From positions 26,428-90,427 of the forward strand of contig BTUM01000023.1 of assembly GCA_045863235.1 (NCBI GenBank): a stretch of DNA of 64,000 nt. Direction: 5' to 3'. The notes beneath the pieces are model-generated. The model had not been told where the DNA came from. It saw only the letters and a list, made by a program, of their open reading frames with translations, and did not search any database. The position numbers and the translations under genes are program-made. Shown here piece by piece: positions 37,074 through 47,112 of this stretch (position 1 is its first letter; each line of letters begins with the position of its first letter). This stretch comes from Candidatus Xenobia bacterium. GTDB lineage: Bacteria; Vulcanimicrobiota; Xenobia; Xenobiales; QWHO01.

Positions 37074-38231
37074 ATGCTGGCTACTCGCGCTGAGCTGCGC
37101 ACCCTTTCACTGGACGACATCGAGCGCGCCGTCTCGATCTGGTCCGTCGCCTTCAATTACACGCCGGAGGATCGCGAGCTGCGCAAGCAGTTCGCCTACC
37201 TCCACCCCGAGTGGTTGCGAGGGGTGTTCCAGCAGCGCAAGCTCCTGGCCGTGCTGCGACTCTACCCCTTCCGAGCTTACCTGGCCGGCCGTGGGGTCGA
37301 GCTGGGCGGCATCGCGAGCGTGGCCACGGCTCCCGAGGCTCGCCGCCGAGGGCTGGCCGAGAGCCTGCTGCGGGGCGCTCTGGAGGAGATGCGCGAGCGG
37401 GGCATCCCCTGGAGCGGCCTGTGGCCCTTCTCGGCCCCCTTCTATGCCCGCTACGGCTACGCCACCTGCCATCACAACCACGTCTTGCGCCTGCAAACCC
37501 GCGATTTGCCGGCGGCTCGCAGCAGCATGATCAGTCTGGAGCGCTTGCCGCTCGAGGTCACCCCCTCGATGCACAGCGTCTACCGGGCCTGGGCGCCTCA
37601 GTACAACCTCAACCTCGATCGCCATCCCGACTTCTGGCGCATGGTACGCCTGCACAGCGGCAGCTTGCTGTTCGGAGCCCGGGGCAAGAGCGCTCTGGAG
37701 GGCTTTCTGCAACTGTCGTTGAGCAAGCAGTGTGTGCGCATCGAGGACTTCTGCTGGTCCACCCCCGAGGCGGCCCACTCGTTGCTCGAGCTGGTGCGCG
37801 GTTTCTCGGGCCAGGCCCAGGAGCTGATGTGGGAGGCGCCCACTCGCCAGGAAGCGCTCAGCCTGGACAGCATTCCAGGACCGGTCGAGATCGGCATTCG
37901 CCGCGGCATGATGGCCCGCATCGTGGACCTGCCCCAGGCGCTAATCTCTTTGCCGGTTCCCGAAGGCAGGGGGCGGCTCGAATTCGAGCTGAGCGACGAG
38001 ACCGCTCCCTGGAATGCCGGGCGCTGGTGCTATGAGTGGGAGGGTGGCTCGGCCCTCTGCGAGCGAAGCGGCTCCTCTCGAATCGCCCGACTCCAGGTGC
38101 AGACCCTCACCCAGCTTCTGACCGGCTACACCACCCCGGCCATCGCTCGCGCCGGAGGGCACCTTGAAGGGCCCGAGCTGAAGGTCCCCTCGGAGTGGTG
38201 TCGGCCCATCCACGTGGCCGACTACTTCTGA
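37074..38231 (+). CDS. Eis-like GNAT acetyltransferase
   Basis: GIASVATAPEARRRGLA, FYARYGY, C-terminal SCP2-like domain (PWNAGRW). Confidence 0.88.
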   Translation: MLATRAELRTLSLDDIERAVSIWSVAFNYTPEDRELRKQFAYLHPEWLRGVFQQRKLLAVLRLYPFRAYLAGRGVELGGIASVATAPEARRRGLAESLLRGALEEMRERGIPWSGLWPFSAPFYARYGYATCHHNHVLRLQTRDLPAARSSMISLERLPLEVTPSMHSVYRAWAPQYNLNLDRHPDFWRMVRLHSGSLLFGARGKSALEGFLQLSLSKQCVRIEDFCWSTPEAAHSLLELVRGFSGQAQELMWEAPTRQEALSLDSIPGPVEIGIRRGMMARIVDLPQALISLPVPEGRGRLEFELSDETAPWNAGRWCYEWEGGSALCERSGSSRIARLQVQTLTQLLTGYTTPAIARAGGHLEGPELKVPSEWCRPIHVADYF

Positions 38232-38322
38232 GGGCGAACCACGCTGCTGGGGAAAGAAGAAGGCCGGACCGGAGGGTCCCGCCTTACCCGGGAGAGGTCG
38301 TGGACGGACACGTGCCGGGCAG

Positions 38323-38535
38323 TCAGCCCGACAACTTCTGCTTCTGCGACCGCCACAGCTGGCACAGAGCGTCGGCGGTCGATTCTTGCTGGAGCTCGAG
38401 CAGGCGCGTCTGCACCGCCAGCGCCACGTTCCAGTGCAGGGCCTGATTGCGCTGCCACTGCGGGTGCACTTCCCCCGGCTCGCGGTTTTTCCAGGTCAGG
38501 GATGCAACATTGGCGCTGTTGGGCAGACCGAGCAT
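38323..38535 (-). CDS. Small hypothetical protein
   Basis: AGGAGGT RBS before the ATG at 38535; 70 aa. Confidence 0.45.
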   Translation of the reverse strand: MLGLPNSANVASLTWKNREPGEVHPQWQRNQALHWNVALAVQTRLLELQQESTADALCQLWRSQKQKLSG

Positions 38536-38640
38536 GAAGCTACCTCCTGAATGTTCTTCAATGGGCCCCGCGCGGGACCTCAAGCATGGTCCCGCGCGGG
38601 GGTCAGCGGACGAGCCAGCGCAGGCGCCCTGCGGGGCGCC

Positions 38641-38760
38641 AGGACAGCCGTTCGGCGGCCGCGCGAGGCGCAGCGAGGCCGAGGGCACGGGGGCCCGTGG
38701 GGGCCAAGGACAGCCGTTCGGCGGCTGCACGATTGGCAGCGAGGCCGAGGGCACGGGGGC
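38641..38760. repeat. Imperfect tandem direct repeat (~54-bp unit, 66-bp period)
   Basis: AGGACAGCCGTTCGGCGGC...GCAGCGAGGCCGAGGGCACGGGGGC at 38641 and 38707; palindrome at 38566-38601 nearby. Confidence 0.8.
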
Positions 38761-39058
38761 GGAACTCCGCCACGATCAGCCTGCCGGCGGCTGATTCAGC
38801 GAGGCCGGCGGCACGGTGCGTCTGCCAGGTCAGACCATGGTCAGGGCGCTGGGGCTCGTGTCATGCAGGGGTGCTCCTCCAGACCGCGTCGCGTTTCTTG
38901 GCCGGAATGGACGCGCTCTCTCGGGGGTTGCCCGGCGAGCCGGGCGGTCGTTTGACCTTCCCCATCATAGCTGATGGGAAGGCAAAAATTGTTAAGCTCG
39001 CTTAAATGGAGTAAACCTTTTGTTTCCAGGCCTTGCCGGGATGTAAATTCTCCACCAC

Positions 39059-40762
39059 TCAGGGGGCGAAGCGCTGGTCGATCTCGAGGTAGGTCGCAGG
39101 CTCGAACAAGATGGGCCAGTAAGAGCCGAGATACTCGCGATAAAGGTCGCGGGCGCGTTGCTCGACGCCCATGCGCTCAAAGTTGGCGGCCAGCATGCGC
39201 TGGGCCCGATAGGGCCAGGGATCGTGCTCGAGCAGCCACTCGAGCTGCTCGATCTGGGCCGCCGTCTGGCCGCTGCGTCCGAGCAGCGAGGCCAGCAAGT
39301 AGCGCGGCTCGGTCAGCTCCGGATGGCTCTGTACCAGGCTTCGGGTCAGCTCCAGGGCGGACTCGAGCCGCTCGCCCCCGGCCAGGATCTCGCCCGCCGC
39401 GTAGGCCGGATAAGGATCGTGCGGGAAGTGCTCGCCGTACGCCTTGCAGATGGCCAGGGCTTCATAGGGGTTTTGCAGCAGAACCGCCAGGCGCAATCGC
39501 TCCTGGTAGGCCACCCGGCTGCCAGGCATAAGACGCTGCAACTCGTCGAGCACCTGGCGGGCAGCCTGGTAGCGGCCCTGCAGGAGGTGCAGCGTGGCCA
39601 GGTTGTAGCGGGTCGCCTCCCACTCGGGGTCTTCCGCCAGGGCCGCCTGCCAGTGGCGCTCGGCCAGGGGCAGGTCGCCCTGCTGCAGGGCCAGGCTGCC
39701 CAGCTCCTGGAGAACGAACAAACGCAGCTCGGTCTGCTCGAGCAAGGGCTCGAGCAGAGCCCGGCGCGCCGTCAGGCTGTGGAACGGAGACTCGAGCAGG
39801 TAGGGCTGCAGGGCCGGCGCCATCAGCTCCCAGCCAGGAGCGGCCGGGCGGCTGCTGCGATAGCCCGAGGCCAGCCGGCCGACACCCTCCAGCTCGATCC
39901 GTCCGATGGCCGTGGGCAGGGGGTTGCGCACCCAGACCCGAGCGGTGCCGTCGGGGCCCACCCGAAGGGCGTGTCCGTCGGGGGGAACGCGAAAGCCAAG
40001 AGCGCGTCCGTCGGCGGTATCCACCACGGCTCCGTTGGGCAGCACCCCGAAGGTCAGGCTGGACTTGCCACCGGGCAGCAGGCCCGGGCCCCAGACGGCC
40101 AGGTCGGCATCGCGTCCGGTGGCCTCCAGGGTGCTCACCAGGTAGCGCCAGGCCAGCACCTGGCGGCGGGCCGACGGGGCGGTGCGAGCGCGGCGCAGCC
40201 AGAGCTCGGGATCGGGCTCGCGGGTGAACTCGCAGGCCGCCTGCAGGTCCTCCCCGCGAGCCAGGTAGGCGGCCTGCAGCAGGTTCTCCGAGCGCAGCTC
40301 CAAAAAGCGCAGCCGGGTCTGGATCGGATAGCGCACCAGACACCAGCCGGCCGGCTGATCGTAGCGGCCGGGGCTGGTTCCGGTGGCCAGGGCCAGGTTA
40401 TAGCGGGCCACCGGAGCGGTGGGATCGACCAGCAAGGCCTGTCGATAGCGCACCGCCGCCTGCACCTGGCGGCCGGCCAGCAGCTCAAGGTTGCCCAGCC
40501 GGAAGGCGGCTTCGGCCGGATAGCTGGGGCTGCCCGACTGGTAGAGCTCCGCCGCCTCAGCCAGGCGCAGTTGCAGCTGGCGCACCAGGCCCAGGGCCAT
40601 GACCTGCTCGGGGTTGTCGGCCGGGCTGAGCAAGCTTTCGGCCCGGCCCAGATCACCCTCCAGGGCTGCCCGTACCGCCTGCTCCACCGGGCTCGACTGG
40701 GCCAGGGCTGGCAGTGCCAGAGCCAGCCACAGCCAGAGAATCAAGCGGCCCCGGAGTGTCAT
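39059..40762 (-). CDS. Secreted tetratricopeptide repeat protein
   Basis: Signal peptide; multiple TPR-like units (ARYNLAL, TRYNLATL). Confidence 0.8.
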   Translation of the reverse strand: MTLRGRLILWLWLALALPALAQSSPVEQAVRAALEGDLGRAESLLSPADNPEQVMALGLVRQLQLRLAEAAELYQSGSPSYPAEAAFRLGNLELLAGRQVQAAVRYRQALLVDPTAPVARYNLALATGTSPGRYDQPAGWCLVRYPIQTRLRFLELRSENLLQAAYLARGEDLQAACEFTREPDPELWLRRARTAPSARRQVLAWRYLVSTLEATGRDADLAVWGPGLLPGGKSSLTFGVLPNGAVVDTADGRALGFRVPPDGHALRVGPDGTARVWVRNPLPTAIGRIELEGVGRLASGYRSSRPAAPGWELMAPALQPYLLESPFHSLTARRALLEPLLEQTELRLFVLQELGSLALQQGDLPLAERHWQAALAEDPEWEATRYNLATLHLLQGRYQAARQVLDELQRLMPGSRVAYQERLRLAVLLQNPYEALAICKAYGEHFPHDPYPAYAAGEILAGGERLESALELTRSLVQSHPELTEPRYLLASLLGRSGQTAAQIEQLEWLLEHDPWPYRAQRMLAANFERMGVEQRARDLYREYLGSYWPILFEPATYLEIDQRFAP

Positions 40763-40793
40763 CCGGGGCCGTGAGGGGCTGGCCTGGAAGGGC

Positions 40794-41195
40794 TCAGCGG
40801 TTGTTGTAGACCAGCTTGTAGCATCCGGTCGGCTCGCACTTGACGAAAATGCCGGGCCGCAAAGGCATAAGCGTGATGCGGTTGGTGTAGCCGAGGTCGA
40901 CAGCGCTGACGCGGTAGGTCGCCCGCTGCTCGATCATGGCGATCTGGCCCTCGAGGCTGAGGGTGACGCGGTCGCGCAACCACGGGCTCTTGAAGTCGAC
41001 ACCCAGGAACGAGTCGGTGTCTTGCGGCATGCCGATGCCGTCGACACCGACCTGAGTGACGCCCACCTGGGGGCGGTTGTCGAACGGGGAAACCGTGCTG
41101 CCAGGGGTCATTCCGCCGGCGGCCCCGGGCTGGTAGCTTTCACGGCCGCGCCGCGCGCGGATCTGCTCGATCTTATCTCTGGGATCCTCTGCCAA
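40794..41195 (-). CDS. Hypothetical protein
   Basis: TTG start with AAGG-rich RBS; codon bias. Confidence 0.6.
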   Translation of the reverse strand: MAEDPRDKIEQIRARRGRESYQPGAAGGMTPGSTVSPFDNRPQVGVTQVGVDGIGMPQDTDSFLGVDFKSPWLRDRVTLSLEGQIAMIEQRATYRVSAVDLGYTNRITLMPLRPGIFVKCEPTGCYKLVYNNR

Positions 41196-41333
41196 GATCG
41201 CTTCGCCCCTTCCTTATGGCCCTGGCCCTTGCTCTTTTGTCGCTCAAGGTGTCCGGACCCACTCGTCCACTCAGACCTCGGGTATTATACCATGCCCAGG
41301 AGGCTTCGAGAAGATGGCTGAGAAGCCAACTCC

Positions 41334-42473
41334 ATGGACGTTTGGTTCGCCCTGGGTTGGCTGCTGGCCTGCCTCTGGTGGGGCATGTGGTGGCGTATGC
41401 GCCTGGCTGTGAGGCGGGTAGCTCGCCTGGAGGACTTTCCCCCCCATCCCCGTCCGCCCGGACTCTCCATCGTGGTGGCCGCCTCCAACGAGGAGCGCAC
41501 GGTGGAGGCGGCCCTGCACAGCTTGCTGGCTCTCGACTACCCCGCTTTGCAGGTCATCGTGGTCAACGACCGCTCCACCGACCGCACCGGCGAGTTGCTC
41601 GAACGCCTGGCCGCCAGGGACGGGCGGTTGACGGTGCACCACGTTCGGGTCCTGCCCCCGGGCTGGTTGGGCAAGACCCACGCCTTGCAGCAGGGCGCCG
41701 AGCTGGCCCGCCACGACTTGATCCTGTTCACCGACGCCGACGTGCACTTCTCGCCTGACAGCCTGCGTCGCGCCGTGGCGGCCATGCAGGCCAGGGAGCT
41801 CGACCATCTGGTGGTCACCCCCTGGATCGAGGCCCGCGGCCTGATCGAGCAGGTCTTCGTAAGCTACTTCAACGTCATGTTCCAGGTGCGCTTCGAGCCC
41901 GATCAGGCCCAGAACCCCCGGCACAAGGCCTTCGTGGGGGTGGGCGCCTTCAACCTGGTGCGCAAACAGGCTTACGAGCGGGTAGGCGGGCATAAGTGCG
42001 TCTCCCTGGACGTGACCGACGACGTCAGCCTGGGCCGGGCCCTCAAGCGGGCCGGTTTTCGCCAGGCCGTCCTCTACGGCTGCGGGCTGGTGCGGGTGCG
42101 CTGGGTGGAGGGCCTGGGCGGCATCATTCTGGGCCTCGAGAAGAACGCTTACGCCGGGGTCGATTTCGACCTGCCCAAGACGGTGGCGGCCAGCCTGGTC
42201 CTGCTGGGGCTGGCCAGTGGACCAGCCTTGCTCTGGTTCACGCCGGGCGGCCTGCTGGCCTGGTTGGGCATGGTGGCCGTCGGCACCCTGAGCGGCCCGG
42301 GCATGGGCCTGTCGCGCTGGTGCGGCCCGCTCTACCCGCTGGCCGGCCCCCTCTTCGTCTTCGTGGTGGCTCGTTCGGCTTATCTGATCGAGCGCCGGGG
42401 CGGGGTCACCTGGCGGGGTACCTTCTACCCGCTCGACGAACTGCGCGCATTCGTGCGACAGCGCCCAAAATGA
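41334..42473 (+). CDS. Family 2 glycosyltransferase (HpnB/CrtQ-like)
   Basis: VVNDRSTDRT, LPPGWLGKTHAL, FTDADV, DDVSLG; flanking transmembrane helices. Confidence 0.9.
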   Translation: MDVWFALGWLLACLWWGMWWRMRLAVRRVARLEDFPPHPRPPGLSIVVAASNEERTVEAALHSLLALDYPALQVIVVNDRSTDRTGELLERLAARDGRLTVHHVRVLPPGWLGKTHALQQGAELARHDLILFTDADVHFSPDSLRRAVAAMQARELDHLVVTPWIEARGLIEQVFVSYFNVMFQVRFEPDQAQNPRHKAFVGVGAFNLVRKQAYERVGGHKCVSLDVTDDVSLGRALKRAGFRQAVLYGCGLVRVRWVEGLGGIILGLEKNAYAGVDFDLPKTVAASLVLLGLASGPALLWFTPGGLLAWLGMVAVGTLSGPGMGLSRWCGPLYPLAGPLFVFVVARSAYLIERRGGVTWRGTFYPLDELRAFVRQRPK

Positions 42474-42498
42474 GAAGGGGCGCCTTTCGGCGCCCCGC

Positions 42499-43617
42499 TC
42501 AGGGCTGTTTGGCCGAGGTATCGCTCAGCTTGCTCTGGGCTCGCAGCAGCTCGCCCTGGATCATCGGGTCGGCCGGGTCGACCTCGGCCGCCTTCTGGTA
42601 AGCATTGACGGCCTGGTCGAGCATGCGCTTGTCGCCCTTGATGTCAAACATGCGCTCGTAGGTGTTGCCCAGGTAGTGCCACACCTCTTTGTCGCCCGGA
42701 TCCAGGGTGGCCACCTGAGCCAGTTGCTCGGCCGCCTTCTCCAGGTTGGCCTGGCGGTAGTAGAGCGCTCCCAGGTACTTGCGCGCGTCCTTGTGCTTGC
42801 GGTCGAGCTTGAGCACCTGGATGTAGAGCGTCTCGGCGGTGACCAGGTCGCCGTCCATGAAGAGCTTCTCGGCCTGACGGAAGATGGCCTCGGCGTCGGC
42901 CTTGTCCTTGTCCGAGCCGGGTGTGGTGCCCGGAGGAGCGATCCTCTCCCCCTGGATCAACTCGTCGTACTTGGCCAGGAGCTTCTTGGCGTTGACGTGC
43001 TCGGGCTCGAGCCGCAGGCACTCCTTGACGTTCTTGGCTCCGTCCTGGTCACGGCCCAGCGCGAAATCGATGGTGGCCATGCGGAAGTAGCACTCGGCCA
43101 CCCGGTAGCCGCCCGCGATCACCTTCTTGTACATCTCGTAGGCTTCGTCGGCCTTCTGCATGTCGTGGTAGATGGAGGCTCGCAGGAACCAGGCCGGCCA
43201 GTGGGTCTGGTTGGACAGCAGGATGTTCTCGCACAGGTCCAGGGCGTTGGGCAGGTTGCCCGCCTTGGCGAACATCTCGGCCAGCTCGTAGCGATACATG
43301 TCCGGCCGGCGCACGATCATGGCGGCCATATCGGCCACGATGGCGAAGCGGATCGAGTCGTCGAAGTGGCTGTTCTCCACACCCCAGCGAATGCGGGCCT
43401 CGCAGCGCTCGAAGAAGGTCTGATCGAGCAAGCCAGCATGGCGGCCCAGGATGGACTTCCAGTCGGCCTGCTCGGAGCGGAACAGCTCCTTGAGCATCAT
43501 CACCTGGGCCGTTTCATCGGCGGCCCGGGCTGGTACAAGCAAGCTTCCGAGCAGCAGCCCCAGCACGAGCAGGCTCGCAAGCGGTTTTTTCAAGTCAAAC
43601 ATTTGGCGAATGTTCAA
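42499..43617 (-). CDS. Secreted tetratricopeptide repeat protein
   Basis: Signal peptide followed by tandem TPR helices. Confidence 0.82.
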   Translation of the reverse strand: MNIRQMFDLKKPLASLLVLGLLLGSLLVPARAADETAQVMMLKELFRSEQADWKSILGRHAGLLDQTFFERCEARIRWGVENSHFDDSIRFAIVADMAAMIVRRPDMYRYELAEMFAKAGNLPNALDLCENILLSNQTHWPAWFLRASIYHDMQKADEAYEMYKKVIAGGYRVAECYFRMATIDFALGRDQDGAKNVKECLRLEPEHVNAKKLLAKYDELIQGERIAPPGTTPGSDKDKADAEAIFRQAEKLFMDGDLVTAETLYIQVLKLDRKHKDARKYLGALYYRQANLEKAAEQLAQVATLDPGDKEVWHYLGNTYERMFDIKGDKRMLDQAVNAYQKAAEVDPADPMIQGELLRAQSKLSDTSAKQP

Positions 43618-43637
43618 CTTGCCCCCCCCAGACCCTT

Positions 43638-45035
43638 TTATTCTTGAACCAGGAACTTGAGTTCCCGTTCGATCTGCTGGCGGCGAGCCGATTTCTCGGC
43701 TTCCGTCCCGGGGCCGGCGTCGACGCCTTTCAAGGCCAGCTCGCGTAACTCGTCCACGGTCAACGATTCCACCAGCGAGCGGCTGGCTTTCTCGAAGCCC
43801 GAGTCGATGGTTGCGGCCAGCTCGCGCTTGTTCTCCTCGCTGGTGAAGCCGTGGGTCACTCCATACTGCTGCATCTTCTGGATATCGTTGAGCGAGAAGC
43901 CAAACTGCTTGCTGACCAGGGCCACCTCGCCCGAGAGGGTGATGCCCGAGATGGATGGGTCGTCGGTGTTGATCAGGGTGGGGATGCCGGCGTCGTAGTA
44001 GCGCTTGAGCGGGTGGCTCTCGAGATTCTCGATGGACTGGGTCTGCACGTTGGAGGTGGGGCAGAGCTCGAAGGGCGTCTGGGTCTGGACCGCCAGTTGC
44101 TCCACGGCCGGGTCCTGGTAGGTGCGCACGCCGTGGCCGATGCGGTCGGCTCCCAGCTTCTCGATGGAGACGCGCACGTTGTCGGCCGGTCCGGCCTCGC
44201 CCGAGTGCACGGTGATCTTCAGGCCCGCTTTCTTGGCGTCCTGGAAGATCTGGGCGAACGGGCCGGGCGGGAAGTTGTACTCATCGTTGGCCAGATCCAG
44301 GGCCACGATGCCCTTGTCCTGGTGACGGGCGGCCAGGTCGGCTACCTCGCGAGCCCGCTCGTGGGAGTCCCAGCGCTCCACGATCAGCGTCAGGCTGACC
44401 TTGGTGTCGAAGTCGTCGGCGGCCCGCTGCACGCCCTCAAAGACGCCCTTGACCACGTCCTCCAGGTCCAGGTTGTGGGCCTTGGCCATGTACTGAGGGG
44501 AGTAGCGCAACTCGAGGTACTTGACGTTGTCCTTGTTGGCATCTCCGATGGCGCCATAAGTCAGGTCGGCGATGACCTCGCGGTCCTTGAACACCGGCCC
44601 GATGGGCTCGAACTTCTTCAAGAAGTCGAGCAGCGTCTTGTCGGTGGGGGTGATCTGGATGTGGGGCCGCAGCTCCTCCACTGTGTAGGCCGGCAGCGGC
44701 AAGCCGTGCTTCTTGGCCACGGAGATCAGCACCTCGGGCTCGATGGAGCCCTCCAGGTGGCGGTGCAGGTCAACTTTCGGGATCTCATGCGAGAGCCGGG
44801 CCAGGCGCTCTTCGTCCAACTCGGATAAAGGAGCGGCTCGGACCGCTCCCAGGGCTTCGTCCAGAATGCCGAAGAGGTCTTTGCCGTGCCGGGCCGCCAG
44901 CTGGCCCAGGGTCACTCGGGTCAACTCCTGGGGCCGCTCCCCCACGGCGATTCGGTCGCCTTCCTCGGCCTGCGAGGCTCCTGCGGAGGCCTGGGGCCGG
45001 ATGGACGGACTCGAAGTCAGGGGCTGAATCTGCAT
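43638..45035 (-). CDS. add: Adenosine deaminase with N- and C-terminal extensions
   Basis: PKVDLHRHLEGS, HSGE, RIGHG, CPTSN, NTDDP; GAGGAGG RBS before the ATG at 45035. Confidence 0.92.
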   Translation of the reverse strand: MQIQPLTSSPSIRPQASAGASQAEEGDRIAVGERPQELTRVTLGQLAARHGKDLFGILDEALGAVRAAPLSELDEERLARLSHEIPKVDLHRHLEGSIEPEVLISVAKKHGLPLPAYTVEELRPHIQITPTDKTLLDFLKKFEPIGPVFKDREVIADLTYGAIGDANKDNVKYLELRYSPQYMAKAHNLDLEDVVKGVFEGVQRAADDFDTKVSLTLIVERWDSHERAREVADLAARHQDKGIVALDLANDEYNFPPGPFAQIFQDAKKAGLKITVHSGEAGPADNVRVSIEKLGADRIGHGVRTYQDPAVEQLAVQTQTPFELCPTSNVQTQSIENLESHPLKRYYDAGIPTLINTDDPSISGITLSGEVALVSKQFGFSLNDIQKMQQYGVTHGFTSEENKRELAATIDSGFEKASRSLVESLTVDELRELALKGVDAGPGTEAEKSARRQQIERELKFLVQE

Positions 45036-45111
45036 GAAACCCTCCTCGATGGACCCTTTTCGGGCTCTCCCGGCCAGGATATCCCGAGGCGCTGAAAAAA
45101 GCCCCAAAGCC

Positions 45112-46074
45112 GTGAGAGAGCCTGACGCCCCTGTCGACGCCCTGAGGTTCGAGCGCCTGCCCCTGCCTCAGGTGGTCAACGCTGTCTCGCCCACCCTCTC
45201 ATGCGTGGCCCAGGTGCGGGCGCTGGGCCAGGTGCGGCTGACCTATCTCGACGGCGGGGTGGTGGAGCTGGAGAGCCCCCGCAGCGAGCGATTGCATCGG
45301 CTGGACTTCTCGCCCGATGGTCGCTACCTGCTGGCCAACCGTTGTCAGGCCTGGCACATCGAGAGCCGCGACTTCGTCGAGTTCCCCGAGACCGGCCACT
45401 CTTCGAGCTCGCACGCCTTTCTCTTTGGAGACCGTCTGGCCGTGGCCCAGAGCTCCGGGCTGGTGGAGCTTTTCGACCTCTGTACCGGCGAGCGGCTCGA
45501 CCCGCTCCGACCCGATTCCGCGCCCACGGGCTCCAGGGTGTATTTGACGGTGGCCTCCTCGAGCGATCTGAGCCGCCTGGTGGTCACCCGGGAGCGGAGC
45601 GTGCACCTCTACGACGCCGACTCCGACCGTTGGGAGGCTTCCTGGGAGGTGGAGGTGCCTCTGCTGGGAGCCAGCTTCTCGCCGGGGGGGCGCTGGCTGG
45701 GCCTGCTCTCCATCCAGACCGGCATCATCAAAAGGGGCGCAGACCTGGTCAAGACCGGAGCGCCGGCTCGGCTTTTGTTTTGGGACCGCGTCACCCGACG
45801 CATCACGGCCACGGCCGAGTGCGAGCGCCAGTATGCCTTTTCTCCCCGCCATCCTCTGCTGGTGACGGGAGGCCAGGATGGCCTGGTCGAGGTGCGTACG
45901 CTGGACTGGTCACTCCTGCGCGAGGGCCAGGCCACCCTGCAGGTCCTGGCTCGCATCGAAGAGGCGGGGGCGGTGCAGAAGCTGGAGTTTGTTCAGCGAG
46001 GTCATTTCCTGGCCGTCACCACGGCCGCCGGGGTGGGAATCTGGAAGGTGATCACGGGGGAGACCACCCGCTAG
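45112..46074 (+). CDS. WD40-like beta-propeller protein
   Basis: Repeated FSPDGRYL / FSPGGRWL / FSPRHPLLVTGGQDG blades; start uncertain. Confidence 0.7.
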   Translation: MREPDAPVDALRFERLPLPQVVNAVSPTLSCVAQVRALGQVRLTYLDGGVVELESPRSERLHRLDFSPDGRYLLANRCQAWHIESRDFVEFPETGHSSSSHAFLFGDRLAVAQSSGLVELFDLCTGERLDPLRPDSAPTGSRVYLTVASSSDLSRLVVTRERSVHLYDADSDRWEASWEVEVPLLGASFSPGGRWLGLLSIQTGIIKRGADLVKTGAPARLLFWDRVTRRITATAECERQYAFSPRHPLLVTGGQDGLVEVRTLDWSLLREGQATLQVLARIEEAGAVQKLEFVQRGHFLAVTTAAGVGIWKVITGETTR

Positions 46075-46293
46075 GAGCGCAGCAGCCCCTTGACACGGTT
46101 TTCCGGCGACACGACGGACTTCTTGCCGGGGGGATTCGCAGTTGCAGTTTTTTGCAACTATTGGTCCCGGCAGGACTCGTCGGGCCACCCACGTATCCAG
46201 AGCAGACCAGAGCGAGAGCCTGACAACGGTGATCGTTCTAATTTCCAGAGTTCATTGATTTTCAATGTTCTGGGGGACATTTACGGAGGGCAC

Positions 46294-47112
46294 ATGAATT
46301 CTTGGAGCCCGCGCTGGGCCAGCTGGCTGCGACGCGGCGTGCTGGGTCTGGCCGTAGGGTTGGCGGTGACCGCCGCTGGCCCGATGGTTCAGGCCTCAGA
46401 CCACGACGACGGCGAGACCAATGTCAAGGCGCGCAATCGTAATATCACCGATGTCTACGCGTTTCGCGAAGACTGGCAGACCGGCAACGCCGCCAATTCC
46501 GGGGACGTGGTCATCGTGATGAACACCAACCCCCGCTCCCTGGGCCGCCAGCAGTATTTCTTCGACCCGCAGGCGCGTTACAACATCTTCATCACCCAGG
46601 TGGCCGACGAGACGGCCCGCCCGGTGGGCGTACCCAGTTCAGCCTATCGGTTCCGCTTCGGCGCTCCCAATGCCAGCGGCCAGCAGGCCATCACGATGAC
46701 CCACGACGACTTTAACGCGGCCGGTCAGATCATCGCCACGACCGACGTGCCAGCCGGCGTGACCACGGCTGCCGTGCCGGGACTGGGCAACCCCAATCCG
46801 GACCCCGTCGTCAACCCTGTGACGGTGGAAGGAAGCACCCTGTCGGTGTTCGCCGGTCTGCGCGAAGACCCGTTCTTCTTCGATGTCGAGCAGTACTTCC
46901 GGGTGCGCGCCGCCATTCTGGGTCTCGGACCGGCGCCCACCGGCCCGGGCCTTCTGCCCACCGGCTTCCGTGACCCCAACAACGCCATCGATTTTGCCAA
47001 AGGCTACAACGTCAACGCCATCGTGGTGCGCATCCCCATCGCCCAGCTCAACGAGGGCAATGCGGCCATCACCACGTTTGATGTTTGGGAAACGATCGAG
47101 GTGGCACCATGA
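46294..47112 (+). CDS. DUF4331-like secreted protein
   Basis: Signal peptide then ASDH, ITDVYAF and VFAGLREDPFFFD motifs. Confidence 0.85.
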   Translation: MNSWSPRWASWLRRGVLGLAVGLAVTAAGPMVQASDHDDGETNVKARNRNITDVYAFREDWQTGNAANSGDVVIVMNTNPRSLGRQQYFFDPQARYNIFITQVADETARPVGVPSSAYRFRFGAPNASGQQAITMTHDDFNAAGQIIATTDVPAGVTTAAVPGLGNPNPDPVVNPVTVEGSTLSVFAGLREDPFFFDVEQYFRVRAAILGLGPAPTGPGLLPTGFRDPNNAIDFAKGYNVNAIVVRIPIAQLNEGNAAITTFDVWETIEVAP

